A DNA stretch of 64,000 nt from Podarcis pityusensis (taxonomy: Eukaryota), in NCBI GenBank assembly GCA_964106645.2, contig OZ067044.1. The stretch is one strand, 5' to 3'. Shown piece by piece: positions 12,001 to 25,100 of the stretch. The position numbers were made by a program, and so were the translations under genes. The notes under the pieces were generated by a model. It saw only the letters and a program-made list of their open reading frames with translations, had not been told where the DNA came from and did not search any database. How positions within the stretch are numbered: the stretch's first letter is position 1; every line of letters starts with the position of its first letter.

Positions 12001-15000
12001 CTCCCATCCATCCAGACCAGTGCCTTAGTCTTATCTGGACTGAGCTTCAACTTGTTGGCTCTCATCTGGTCCATTACTGAGGCAAGAAAATGGTCTAGCA
12101 CACCCACTGCCTCACCTGCAGATGTTAAGGTGAAGCAGAGCTGTGTCATCAGCATATTGCTGACTACGTACTCCAAAACTCCAAATGACCCCACTCAGCG
12201 GTTTCATGTAAACAGCAGAGGGGATAAAATCGAGCCCTGAGGAACTCCACATTGACGGTTCCACGAGGCTGCAGAGCACTCCCCAAGCATCACCCTTTGA
12301 GAACCACCATCCAAGTAGGACTGGAACCACTGCAAAGTGGTGCCATCTACCCTCAACGCAGACAACTGCTCCAGAAGTCGATGGTATTGAAAGTTGCTAA
12401 GAGGTTAAGAAGAATAAACAAGGACATATTTCTCCTGTCTCTCTCCCAGCAAAGGTCAACATACAGAGTGACCAGAACAGTTTCTGTGCCAAAACAAGGC
12501 AAAAAAAACCCAAAAAACCCAATTGAAATGGATCTTGAAATTCAGTTTCCACCAAGAGCGCTTGAATCTGGTGCATGAACATCCACTCTAGAACCTTGCC
12601 CAAGAACGGGAGTAGTTTTACCACTGTCTCCTTCAAGCAGGCAGGGACCAACCCCTCTCGTAAGAAGGCATGAATCACCTAACTGGCCCAGCCAGCTGTC
12701 TCCTCACTGCTAGTTTTTTATCAGCCACAAGGGTCCAGAGCATAAGTGGTCGCCCTGACTAATCCAAGCACCTTGTCTGCATCCTCAAGCCTTACTAACT
12801 TAACAACAACAACAACAGGGCTCTTACAAGAGAATTGACAGTCTGCTTCCCAGACACCCAGCATCTCAGCTTTACATAATGGGGTGCATACACAAACCTC
12901 AGGCTCAACTCCCCACCTCCATGTGCAGAACCTTCACTGTGAACTAGGATCCATGAGTAGGCGCTGCTTATGTGATGCTACTTAACACTTAAGTTTGTGG
13001 GATAGAGAGCATGTGACCCTAATGTTTGCTCCTCAAGTCCACAGCATTTAAGACTTATAATGTATGTTAAAGTTAGCAAATGCCAAGTGCTTTTTTTAAA
13101 AAATCTGACACGTGTATCCACTACCATTTGTATACTGTCATACCTTCACCCCCAATTCAAAACTGACCAAATTACCAATCATGCTCAAACTGGTCAGATG
13201 CCATTCATGAAACTGCATGAAAACAACTTACCTTCTCACTACTTCTTTCCAGCCTTCTTCTCTTTTTTGCCCTCTTTTTGGACTAGTCAGATTCAACTTT
13301 ATGTTCGGAGACGTCAGAGGCAAGGACACAGATTTATAACTTGTTGTTAAGGAGTTTGGATTAGCTTCACCTTCAAGTCTAAAAACAAAGATAAGTTTGA
13401 TTATAGATTGCCTGCCACCAAACGATCCAAATCTCAATTCCAATTACTGAATTCCATGTAAGTCAATGATACAAATTGTTATCAATAGAGTCCTCCAAGT
13501 GCTCAGGCAGCATAATCCTATTTCCAGATGAGTTCAGGTGAGCACAGAATATGGAACATTTGTTCCTAATACAGGAAGCTCTATCAACAGATGAGCGCTA
13601 ATGATTATGTAGGGGGGCACTTATTTTGATAAAAGATTAATAACTTTTGATAACACTTAATGGCAGCGTAAATTATTTTGTGGCAACAGTTGCATTAATT
13701 ATGTGCAAAGGGGATGGGGGACTGTTGAACAGCCTGCTTACCTGACTCTAGTGTTCTTATGAGTGGTAATTATGCAAATACGCTTAAAGGTTATGAACCT
13801 GTGCACAGCATTGTTCAGAACTTTTTGAATTTAAAACTAACTTTTGGCACGAACGATCTGCTCAAGTGTAGTGTAAATGTACCACAACTTCCTGCTTGGC
13901 ACTTAAGTATCATAGTTATACAGCTACCTGCAACATGGAAGACCAACTGTGTGGATGCACAGATAGCTATGTAGGAAACATCAATTTCAGGTAAGCAACC
14001 TCAGCTTTGTGTTTTTTTGTGGGGGCACAAACATAGGAGATTGGTAAGCTAGTTATTGAGATACTGGATGCAGGTATCTTCATATGAACAAGGATAAGGA
14101 TAGCCCACATCTGAAGTGTCCACTCAGCTTAAGTTGACAACTGGGGCCAGGTAGAACAATACATATGGAGCACCATTCAAAGGTTGTGACTAGAATGTAC
14201 TCAAAAACCACCTGGTACTTGGTATTGGGCCAGTTCATGTTACATGGTATGTGAAGAGACCCAATTAGAAAATTCTGAAGATGTCACTTGGATGAAAGAC
14301 AAAGAAGAAATTCTCCCTAATGATAAAATGGTGGCTGAAAAGATAACTGAACAGAAAAATGTGGAATTCACCCCATAGGCCACAAGCACTATAGTCAAAG
14401 AGCAGATCTTTTACACCAGAAGTATCTAGGTTTAGTTCTAGAAGGTTTGAATAGTGCAGAGGCAGAACCTGTGTGTGCTGGGCAGACCAAAACTGGTATA
14501 TATTGCAACTATAACTGAAATCCATCTGGCTGTGACCATGAAAAGGACCTTCTTCATAGCTGTACCAAGGCCCTGGTGCTCAACAAGTTTGTCATGCTCC
14601 TGCCACTTGAAACTATAGTGAATGCCAAATATTTTTGTTTAAAAAAGAAGACTTGACTTTGGACTATAACATCTGGTTTTAGTAGCTGGCTGATTTTGAG
14701 CTACTTAGATATGTCAGTTGTAATTGTTTCATCTTCTGTTGTTGCTTTTAAAGATTTGTTTTATCTTTTTATGCTATATAACAACAACAACAACAACAAC
14801 AACAATTTATACCCCGCCCATCTGGCTGGGTTTCCCCAGCCACTCTGCTTAGATCTTGTAAAAACTTGATGTTTTGTTATTTTAATAGTGATGTTCTTAG
14901 GTACCTTGTACTATTTATAAGCAATGTAAGGTATGAATCTTTTAAAGAATACGGAACTAGCTAATCATGAAGCGTAGGCCTGTAGCCAACATGTATTCAC

Positions 15001-18000
15001 AGGATCTCTCTAAAACAAGCATGGGAAACTTTTAAAGGGACTTAATTAGGCCCACAGGGCTGTTTCTGTCTAACCACACCCACTTGCCCACACACGACAT
15101 CAACTGTGGGGGCAGGCAAACCCACAACTGCAAAGGAATGACCAGGAGCATTAAAGGGAGCTTCCCACTGTTCCTTATCAAGCAGTAAATTCCAGTGGGC
15201 CTTGCATTCCGTGCTAAATTTTAGAAGGTTCCGAATGCAAGCCTTGCTTGCACAGGGACAATACAGTGGTACCTCGGGTTAAGTACTTAATTCGTTCCGG
15301 GGGTCCGTTCTTAACCTGAAACTGTTCTTAACCTGAAGCACCACTTTAGCTAATGGGGCCTCCTGCTGCCGCCAGAGCACGATTTCTGTTCTCATCCTGA
15401 AGCAAAGTTCTCAACCTGAAGCACTATTTCTGGATTAACGGAGTCTGTAACCTGAAGTGTATGTAACCTGAGGTACCACTGTATAAAGTGCACCCTAATA
15501 TTCCCAATAGTTCCTTTGCAGTCATGTCAGGTATGGATGGGACAGGTGGGTGCAGCAGGGGGAAATGGCCTTGTACATCACGTTAGCCACCCCTGCTCTA
15601 GATTATGGGGAATTGGGAACCATTAGCCTTGGCTAAGCAACACACTTGCATGCTAATGGTCACTGCTCCCACCAACAGGAAACCTTTGATGCAGGAGGAT
15701 GACAACTGCTAAGAGGAGCACACAGGTGCTCATGTGCAGAGCAAGCAGCATCTGTTACGCCCACCTTCACCACGAGGTCAGAGAACCTGCTGCCCAACCC
15801 TGTCTTCAAAGTTACATTCTGGCAAAACTAGATGATATCATTTGCTGTTACTGTTGTCCTGGAGGATTAACGTGCAGCTGTTGCTTTTAATTGCTTTGCT
15901 TTGTTTTTTATCAGGAGGGATGAATTAGAGGTTACCAAGGAGAGCTCATCTCCTTAGTAATATCTAATTTGGGGATCTATAAGGTAATTTAAAGCCTCTA
16001 ATCCCCCAACCTTGAAGCCCAAGGTCCAAAACATGTGCATTCAGAAACATTTCAGCATCAAGCTAGCATGAAAAAGACTCATTAAAAGCTTCAGTAATGG
16101 AGATATAACTTGTGACTCACCTGGTTTGCACTTTGGAAACTGAGGTGTTAGTCTTGTCTTCCTGAGAAGGGAGCAGTACTGAGGCATATCGTCTCTCGCC
16201 TGAAGAGTGTGTGTCCATAGTGAAGTTTAGTTCCTGGCTTTTACCACCGCTGCTGCTCTCACTATTGCAATCTGTGCTGTCTAAGTTGTCAGAATCACTA
16301 TTCCCACCAGCACTACCGCCTCTTGGCTCTCCGTTGATTTTATTTTTATCTGCTTTTTGCTGTGCTAGAGTTATATGCTGGTCTGGCAAAATTATCTGCA
16401 CATTTTGAGGAGTGTCTTTTGTTTTATTCTTCTTATTCTTTCTATTTGTGCTGGGAGTTGTTACCACATTGGCCCTCTTCTTTCCAAAAGCATTTGTGAA
16501 AGTAGTTGATGTTGCAGATATTCCAATAGTAGTTGTAGTGGTTGCACTTGGAGGCTCTAAAGGAACTTCTTGATCAACTGAAACAAAACAGATTAAAAAA
16601 AAATAAAACTTAATGATGGGAACAGTGCCCCCCCCCCAAAAAAAACTGTATCAGAATGGTAGTGACTTGTACCATGACATCAAAGGCAGAGTTTTTCTGC
16701 AGGTTAGACCAGACTTTTAGCATTCTGGTTTTAAATCTATTTTTTAAATGCTTTACTAGCTGTTTAAATCACAACGGATAAATTAAAAAAGCACTTCTTT
16801 TGAAACCTGCTATTCTAGGAACTGTTTGTTGATTTTCTTCTGTATGTATCATATAGAACTATATAGCATCAATGTATAAGGTACTTTACAGGGTAGCAAG
16901 AACTCAGATGGTCTGAAATTGGACAATATTAATATGCAAAGCTTCATTTCAGAGGGATGAGATTCGAAGGTGATTTCAAAAGCTTTAGGGAAGAGGTGGC
17001 TTTGGCTGAATTACTAACAAGGGAGTAAAAAAAGTGACAGTACAACTTGAGTCCCATTTTTGCATTACCCCAGAGTTGCTGCAGAACTTCTTCCCACATG
17101 GTTAGGGTAGAGATGAGATGAGGCATTCAGAAGGGGCTGTAACCAGGACTTACGTTACCCAGTGCCATAGGAATAAGTGGTGCTGAAGTCAGTTCCAGTC
17201 ATCAGAATTATTGGGGGGGGGGGGAAGAACCCGGGTGTGAAGAAGAAACAGGAAGGGATACTTGAGAGAGCAGGTGATTGTTGGATGGCCAAGGGTAATA
17301 GACACAGTGCCTACAGTATCCATTATGTAAGACACACAGATCCTTTCCCAAAGCACAGTTTAAATCTACAGTTTGACTGGGTTGTGGCAGAAGAGGAAAG
17401 ATAAAGATTATCCTTTGGGGCTGTCTTGTTAGGTTGGGCATGGGAGGCACTGTAGTATGTTGGCTCCAGAGCGTCCTAAAGGATCAGTCCAAGGTGGTGC
17501 TGGGGGCCTTCAAGTTCTCACCCTTGATCTGTGGGGTGCTTCAAGGTATTATTCTGTCCACACGCTGTTTAACATGGAGAGTTGGACTTTGGTGTCACCA
17601 ATATACAGACAACACCTAGTTCTAACCTACAACCAGGTTTGTTTTCCCCCCAGCTGGAACTCAGTGCCATTATAAGAGAACAATGGAAGCTTTCACGGTG
17701 AGTTAGGGCACCTGTTTTTCTAGAAAAATAGCATTGCCTGCATCTTCCTGAAGCTGTGGAACATCTGAACAGGTGTCTGAAAACGATTCTGGCATACATG
17801 AGGGTGAACATGCTGAGGCTTAATCCAGACAAGACGGAGGTGCTCTCCATGGATGGAATGATTTAACAGTCCTGAATGGGGAAGCACTCTGGCTTGCATC
17901 CTGGGATTAGGCTAGGAATACCTTTTACCAGTTTAGGCTGATACAGCAGCTATGGCCCTATCTAGAGAGACCAGACCTTGCCTCAGTAATCCACGCACAA

Positions 18001-19071
18001 ATTACATCCAAGACATTACCATAATGGATTCTTTGTGTGGCTGCCTTTGAAGATGGTGTGGAAACTCCAACTGGTGCAGGTTTCCACTGCTAAGATGCTG
18101 GTAGGGGCAAGGGAACTGGAGGACATGACACCAATTCTGTACCAAATGCACTGGTTATAGGTGCATTTCTGGATGCAATTCAAAGTGCTTGTATTAACCT
18201 TGAAGGCCCTATACGGTTTGAGACAGAATTATCTGAAGGATAATTGTATGAAGCAATCATACAAACTTGCCTGGGCACTGAGATAAGTCTCAGAGGCCCT
18301 GTTTGTGTACCTTCCTATGATGTCAATTTGGTTGCCACGCATGAGAAACGGGGCCTTTTCTGTGGCAGCTCCCAGCCTGTTACACTCCTACACACAGAAG
18401 CACAGAAACTATGCATTTTTAAATGGGTTTTAAAACCCATCTTTTTCAAAATGTATTTTCTGGACTAAGCCTTTTCTTCGCTACAGAGTCATTCTAAATA
18501 CAACTCTACTAGTTATATAAATTAGAAAGGAAAAGCAATGTGTTTGTGTACGATGTACACTGCTAACAGAGTCCCTCACACATGACTTGGATTTCCTTAC
18601 TCAAATGAAGTGACCAATTATTACCAAAACACATGTAAAAATTACTTTCACTCTGTGCTTTAGAAGAGTTTTAAATCCCAAAAATACAAGTTAAGAAAAC
18701 TAAGTTGAAGGAGTGATGAATTCCTCACCATCATCATCATTCTCATCTTCATCTTCATCTTCTTGCAGCTCTAGTGTTTCCTTAGGTTTGTGCTCCTCAT
18801 CTTCTTCCTGTTTTCGTTTTTGCTCTTCTTTCTTCTTCTTTCTCTTCTCCTTCCTCTTCTCTCTTTTTGCTGCAAGAGCCTGCTTTCTACTCTCTTCTCT
18901 GGACTGTGGAAAAATAATTTACAATATACCTGATTACACACCAATATAGAATATAAACATATCTACATTGATAACTACAGCAAATGCATTATATAAAGAA
19001 TTCTAAATTCTCCAGTGTCTTCTTTTTGGCTCAAGAAACCTCCATAATGAATGATCCCCCCACGCAAATAA

Positions 19072-19119
<48 letters not shown>

Positions 19120-22100
19120 TGGCTGGGTTTCCCAAGCCACTCTGGGCGGCTTCCAACTGAATATTAAAAACAATACCTCATCAAACATTAAAAACTTCCC
19201 TAAACATGAAAGTAAAATGAAAAAGTAAAACGAAAAAGTAAAAAAAATGAAAGTAAACAGAAGTGCTTTTTCCAATCTGGCTTGGCTCACACAGATCCCA
19301 TCCTGTGTGGGAAAGCGCACTGTTGCTTAGGTCAACTGTGCTACAAATGTGTTTTGTAATAGATTTGTCTACAGATATGCCTAGATTGTCCTTAAGAGTG
19401 GAAACCCTGAAAGCCACCTTCAAATACTGAATATAAATCAATCTGCAGTGGTCCTGCTCTTTTATACAGTGGTACCTCGGGTTACATACGCTTCAGGTTA
19501 CAGACTCCGCTAACCTAGAAATAGTGCTTCAGGTTAAGAACTTTGCTTCAGGATGAGAACAGAAATCGTGCTCCGGCGGCGTGGCAGCAGCAGGAGGCCC
19601 CATTAGCTAAAGTGGTGCTTCAGGTTAAGAACAGTTTCAGGTTAAGTACGGACCTCCGAAACGAATTAAGTACTTAACCCGAGGTACCACTGTATTGCAA
19701 TTGTAGACCAATTTTTTATACCTATTTTTAGTGGACTACATTTAGTTTAATGTATGTTTAAGTCTAGGCTTCATAAAACATGAATATGATCCTGACTAAT
19801 TAACATGAACTCAAGAGTCCCCCGAAGGAAGCATATGCTTACTAAAAGCTAAAAAGAGTGGTGATCAAGCACACAAGGTGAAGCAGGAGTGCTGGGACTC
19901 TTGACACTTGTTTCAAGCTTTATAAATGTATGAGGCTGAGAAAGGGTGTCCAAACTAGACCATAGTGTAGCGGACCACTTTCTGTTATTACTATCCATAA
20001 CTAAAGTAAGCTTTACTTTGGAATCCCCCCCAACCGCAAGATACTGCTTTAGTAACTACTAGCTTGCTACGTTACACAGGAAGATGTAGCAAGAAGGCCA
20101 AATCTAATCCAGAATGTGGCTCATGGGGATGGCTAGGATTTTCAACTGTTAGATCTATACCCATTTGATTTAGAAGTCTTGCTAGCCTGAGTGAAGGAGT
20201 GATGGTGGCTTACTCCAGAAAATTAAAATCCACAGCAGACTCAGATTAATCCTCTGCTGCATTTATCCCACGCAGGTGCATGCATAAGTCTGAGAGAGGA
20301 TTTCACTTGATTTATGTAACAGTATTTAAGCAAGGGGAAGTACTCTATCATCTTACCTTTTCCAAATCTAGCTCTTTTAGCAGAATGCTTGCATTCTTAT
20401 TTGCTTCAGCTGCTTGCTGGTCCTTTGCCTTCACAATTGTTTCAACACACTGGTGACATTTCTTCAGCAAATCCTATACAGTAGAAAGTTTGTGAAAAGG
20501 AAAGATAGGTTCAGCAAATTGCTAGACACCAAGAACTACTTCACTGACATATACAAATGGAGTACCAGAGAATATGTCTGTAGGTAATGAATTAAAACTA
20601 GTGATTTTTGATTACTGTTAGGCTGATCTACAGTTTTCTGAAAATACAGCTTTTAAATAATTTTAAAGCAATTATCAATTTGTTTGCCATACATGTGCTA
20701 ACTGATCTTTCAATGCAAAAAGAGCAGAATTTATACTGAAGCTGCAAGTTTAATACTATAAGAGTTTATTGTTTCAACTGACAGGCCTTGTGCTGGCCAG
20801 TTGTCCACCTGCCTACTTTTAGAATACAACTATAGCATGGCATTCCAAATCTAGAAAGCATTTATTATGCTGCCCTTGATAATAGGTGCAAAACCATAAC
20901 TACTAATGGAAGTAAAGGTGATCAATTTCCTTAGGCAAATCCAGATTTGAAGATGTTGGATATGGTACAGACCAGAAAAGTCTTTACTACTTCAGACAAG
21001 ATTTATTCCCTCCTACCGAATGTTTCCCCATACATATTCCTACTAGGGGAAATCTAGCATCTTAGAGAAGCATTCACTCCTAGCCTTCTTGCTAACATTT
21101 TGGAAGGTCTTTTTTCCAGTGGCAAAAGCATTCAGCCATGCCAATTCACAAAGTCTAACATATTGTGAAGTACAGCCCTTCACAATAGCAGCTGCGTATC
21201 TATCTCTATATAATGGTAGTTAAGACATATGCGGTAAAACTGAACACAATATTTTTGTAAAAAAATCAGTGCTTGTTGAAATTCAGCTATTGGGTACTGG
21301 TGGAAGGCAGGCGTGTTGGATAATAGATGCAATGCCTCCCTTGTACATTTCCAATGCAGGCCTGTGAAAATACACCAGTTTTCAACAGCCCCACCCCTCT
21401 CTCTGAACCTCATTTTTGTCCAACCTACATACATTTATTTCCAATTTGTTGTGCACAGTCCACGCAATTTCCATCAAGGATGTGCTTTTTGGATATAATC
21501 TCTATTTGAATAAAGTTTTTTAAAATTAGCACTTTCAATATTCTTGTATAGTATAATGTGGTTCCACTATACAGGATCTTGTGAGAGGGCACCTACTGGA
21601 TCTTGTGAGAGTGATGTAACAAGTGCTGAAAATCCTCCCTTTAGTCTGACCTCATTTTGTGAACTTTTTTTCTTTCAGACCTTTCCCCTAAATTATTTGG
21701 GAGCTGTGATCTTCAATTATAAAAGTCTTGCAATCTGTTTTTTTTTTTGTCTGTTTGTTTTAAGTGGTGAATAGAGACCGTCCCCTCCCCACCAACACAC
21801 CACACCTACAACGGAGAAAATGCCCTCACTCAAGAAATCGGGATGGGGACACCTAGCTGTTCATTGTCAGATAGCAACTTTGCTTGCAAGTTAATAGATC
21901 CAAGTGGTCTAACACTCAGTTTCATAAACATATCACAGAACCAAGACATAATTGTTTCCATTTTTTATAGTTCACCTTTCCTCTAAAATAACCAAGGTAG
22001 GCTATGTTCAATCTCTGTATATGTTTGGTTTTCAAGAAGACTATCAATATTTATTAGATTTGGCTTCATGCTCAGTAGCATCAATATCTGTTGAATTTAT

Positions 22101-25100
22101 CTATGCATTATTAAAAATAAATATGGGAGCTACTGCTGGGGAAAAACCGCCACTGTTGATTTTAATCATTGTTAAGTTGCAGGTGGTGCACCACATCATT
22201 TAAGAACATATTGGGAGCCTTTCTGGCACTCACCTTGTCAGTTATTGTTGCTATGTACCTCATGCATTCAATGTCTGAAGGAAACTGGTTAACTTCTTTT
22301 ACCAAAAACTGCACTACTCTTACGTGACCCTGGAAAAAAAAAGAGCAGCACCAAGGTTTTATTCATTTATCATCTCCTATCAGAATGGTACACACCAATA
22401 TGTATACACTAAAACATAAAACACCATTAAAAACAGTACAAAACAATCATTAAAACTTTAAACAACTGCATAGGCCTGCCAGCATAACAAGGTCTTCAAC
22501 AGAAAATCAAAAGCAAGTGTTTCCAGCACAGAACCAGCAACATTAATACCAGACTTATGATTGAGGCCAGCTGGGCTTCTCAACATGGAGAACAACCAAC
22601 AGCACTCCTCTAGATGATTTCAGTGATCAGGCTCAAGGATCAGGATTCCTCAAGGTATCCTGGACCCAAGCTGTTCAGGGCTTTGTTTAACCTTGAACTT
22701 GGTCAGGGAGCATACAGGCAGCCAGTGCACATATATGATATATGATATGATATCTATCAGAGGTCACATGCTGCCAGTCATCTACCCCCCCATCTAATTG
22801 GAGCTTCCAGACCAAGGGCTGGAAGCAATCAGTCAAATGTCAAGATTAACAATGCATGTACTACAGTGGCCAAAATTATTCTGATCCAGATATAGTGGTA
22901 GCAGACATACCCAACAAAGCTGGTAAAAGGAATGCCAGCCACAGAGGTCACTTGGGTCTGGAATGATAACGATTTACCCGGGAGTAATCCCCAAGCTACG
23001 TACTTCCTCCTTTAGAGGAAGTGAAACCCTGTCTAAAAAAGGCAACTGTCCTATCCTCTGGACACTGAAACCACCTACCTATAATGCCTCTGTCTTTCCA
23101 GAATTCAAATGCTGTTTATTTGCCCTCATCCAGACCACCACTGCATTAAAAGCAATGGTCCAGGGCTTTAACAGCCTCTCCCGATTCAGATGTTATAGAG
23201 GAAAAAAGCAGTGTAGTGCTAGCACCATACTCCAAAACTCCTAATGGCATCTTCCATATTTAGATGTTAAATAGTTGAGGACAAAACGGTACCCCCGTGG
23301 AGCCCCACAGCACAACTGCCAGAAGATTGAAGAGCAGTGCCCCAATGTTACTCTCAGGACTTTACCACACAGCTAGAAATGGAACCTTTGTAAAGGAGGA
23401 ATTTGATGTTGCACTGTTACAAATGTTCTGTCAGTGCAAGCATTTCACCTTCCTCAACAGAACAATCTCTCTTCTCCTCCTACGTGGTTGTTGGGTGGTT
23501 TTTTTTCCGTGGGGGTTCTCCTGACTTCCACCTGAGTCATGGGGGGGGGGGGGCGGAGAGCAGGAGGCAGGACAGCCCCTTTGCCCTAGTGGAAGTCCTT
23601 GAATAGGCTTCCAGTAGCAGGACCATTAGCTGAATCCAGCACAGTATCTCAAATAACCAGGCCACACAGCTGATCTAGGAGGATACCAGGATCAACAGTA
23701 TGAAAAGCCTCTGGGAAACTAAGAGTAACAGGATCACAATCTGCCTGTCCCTCTCAATAAAGGTCATCCACCAGGGCTGATTCAGCCCCTAATCAGGCCT
23801 AAAACCAGACTGAAGTGGATTCAGATAATCAGTGACATCCAGGAACACTTGGAAGTTGCTCCACCACCTTCCCTGCAAAAGGGACATTGATGGCTGACCA
23901 GTAGTGGGTCCAGGATAGGTTTTTAAAGGAGTAATTGCACTACCCCCCTCTTTAAGAGCAGCTGGGACCACCCCATCATGCAGTGATGCATTCATAACAT
24001 CCTGGACCCATGTAGTCACCCCAAATTCTAGCTAGCTTTGACCAGCCACAGTCTAGAGTGCATGTGGTCAAAGGCATTGCTGTAAGTATCCTGGCTACAT
24101 CATCAGGCAACATCAACTGAAAATGATCCAGGTATAGCACTGGACATCGTGATTGGACAGTGGCATCCAAGTCAAGATGAAGACTTTGTCTTTAAAGGGT
24201 ACTGCAAACTACTTGCAGATATGATTTCATGGATCTGCACTCGAATCCAGGGTAACAAGTCTCTGGACCTGCTAGCTGACTCCTTGAGGGAGCAATGGAT
24301 GCAGTACAATAGGATTATGCCTCCTAACGAGTGTTTAGCCAGTTTGAAAGCAAGATTTCATCACTTTCCATCTCATCAACTGCAGCTCTTGGGAATATGA
24401 GCAAGCAATGTGATCTCCACAGCACTGAAGAGCAGGTTTGGGAATGATCATGTCAGCAGCCCTTCTTGTCTCACTGCTCCACAGCAAAACAAGAACCGCA
24501 ACAAAATCACCTACTTTTTCCACTGGGAAATCCTCCAGAGCCATCAGCCTCAGAACGGACAACCTGAACTGGTCCTCCACTCTTGCAGGCATGAATAGCA
24601 GTTACAATAACAAACTTTACCAGGAAGTGGTCTGACCATGACCATTCCCCACCTGAAGACCAAAACATGTTGAGGGTATGTCCTGCTCTGAGTGTCAGGA
24701 TCATGACCATTTGAGGCAGTTCCACAATTACTATGGAGGAAGTGAGTAAGTACAACTAGGTAGCAATTATATCCTGGGAATCAGCGGACATAAACATTGT
24801 TTTAGGCAGGCGAAATTGCTTCTTCAAATGTAAAGTACAAACTTTACAGTTCACATCAATTCCTAATGCAAGCTTTCTCAACCTGGTGCCCTCCAAATGT
24901 TTTGAACCACTGCCCTCCATCAGTCATAATGGCTGGGGGCAGCTGTCAGAAACACACTGCGGGCACTAGGTCGGGGAAGGTCGTCATAAGGCAAACAGCA
25001 ACAGGAAAACAGAAAAAGAGGAAATTTCATTCATTCTAAGATAAAAGATAGGAAAAACCATCAAGTTGACTTTTTCAGATTTAAATTTTGTGAAACATCA

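Noticed and set aside
11336-12678. RT-like ORFs as an active retroelement or domesticated gene
   Set aside because: Fragmented across frames with stops and 5'-truncated; a dead L2 copy.
19003-19320. ORF with poly-Ile, membrane-protein-like
   Set aside because: It is the translation of the (AAT)n microsatellite and a LINE tail.
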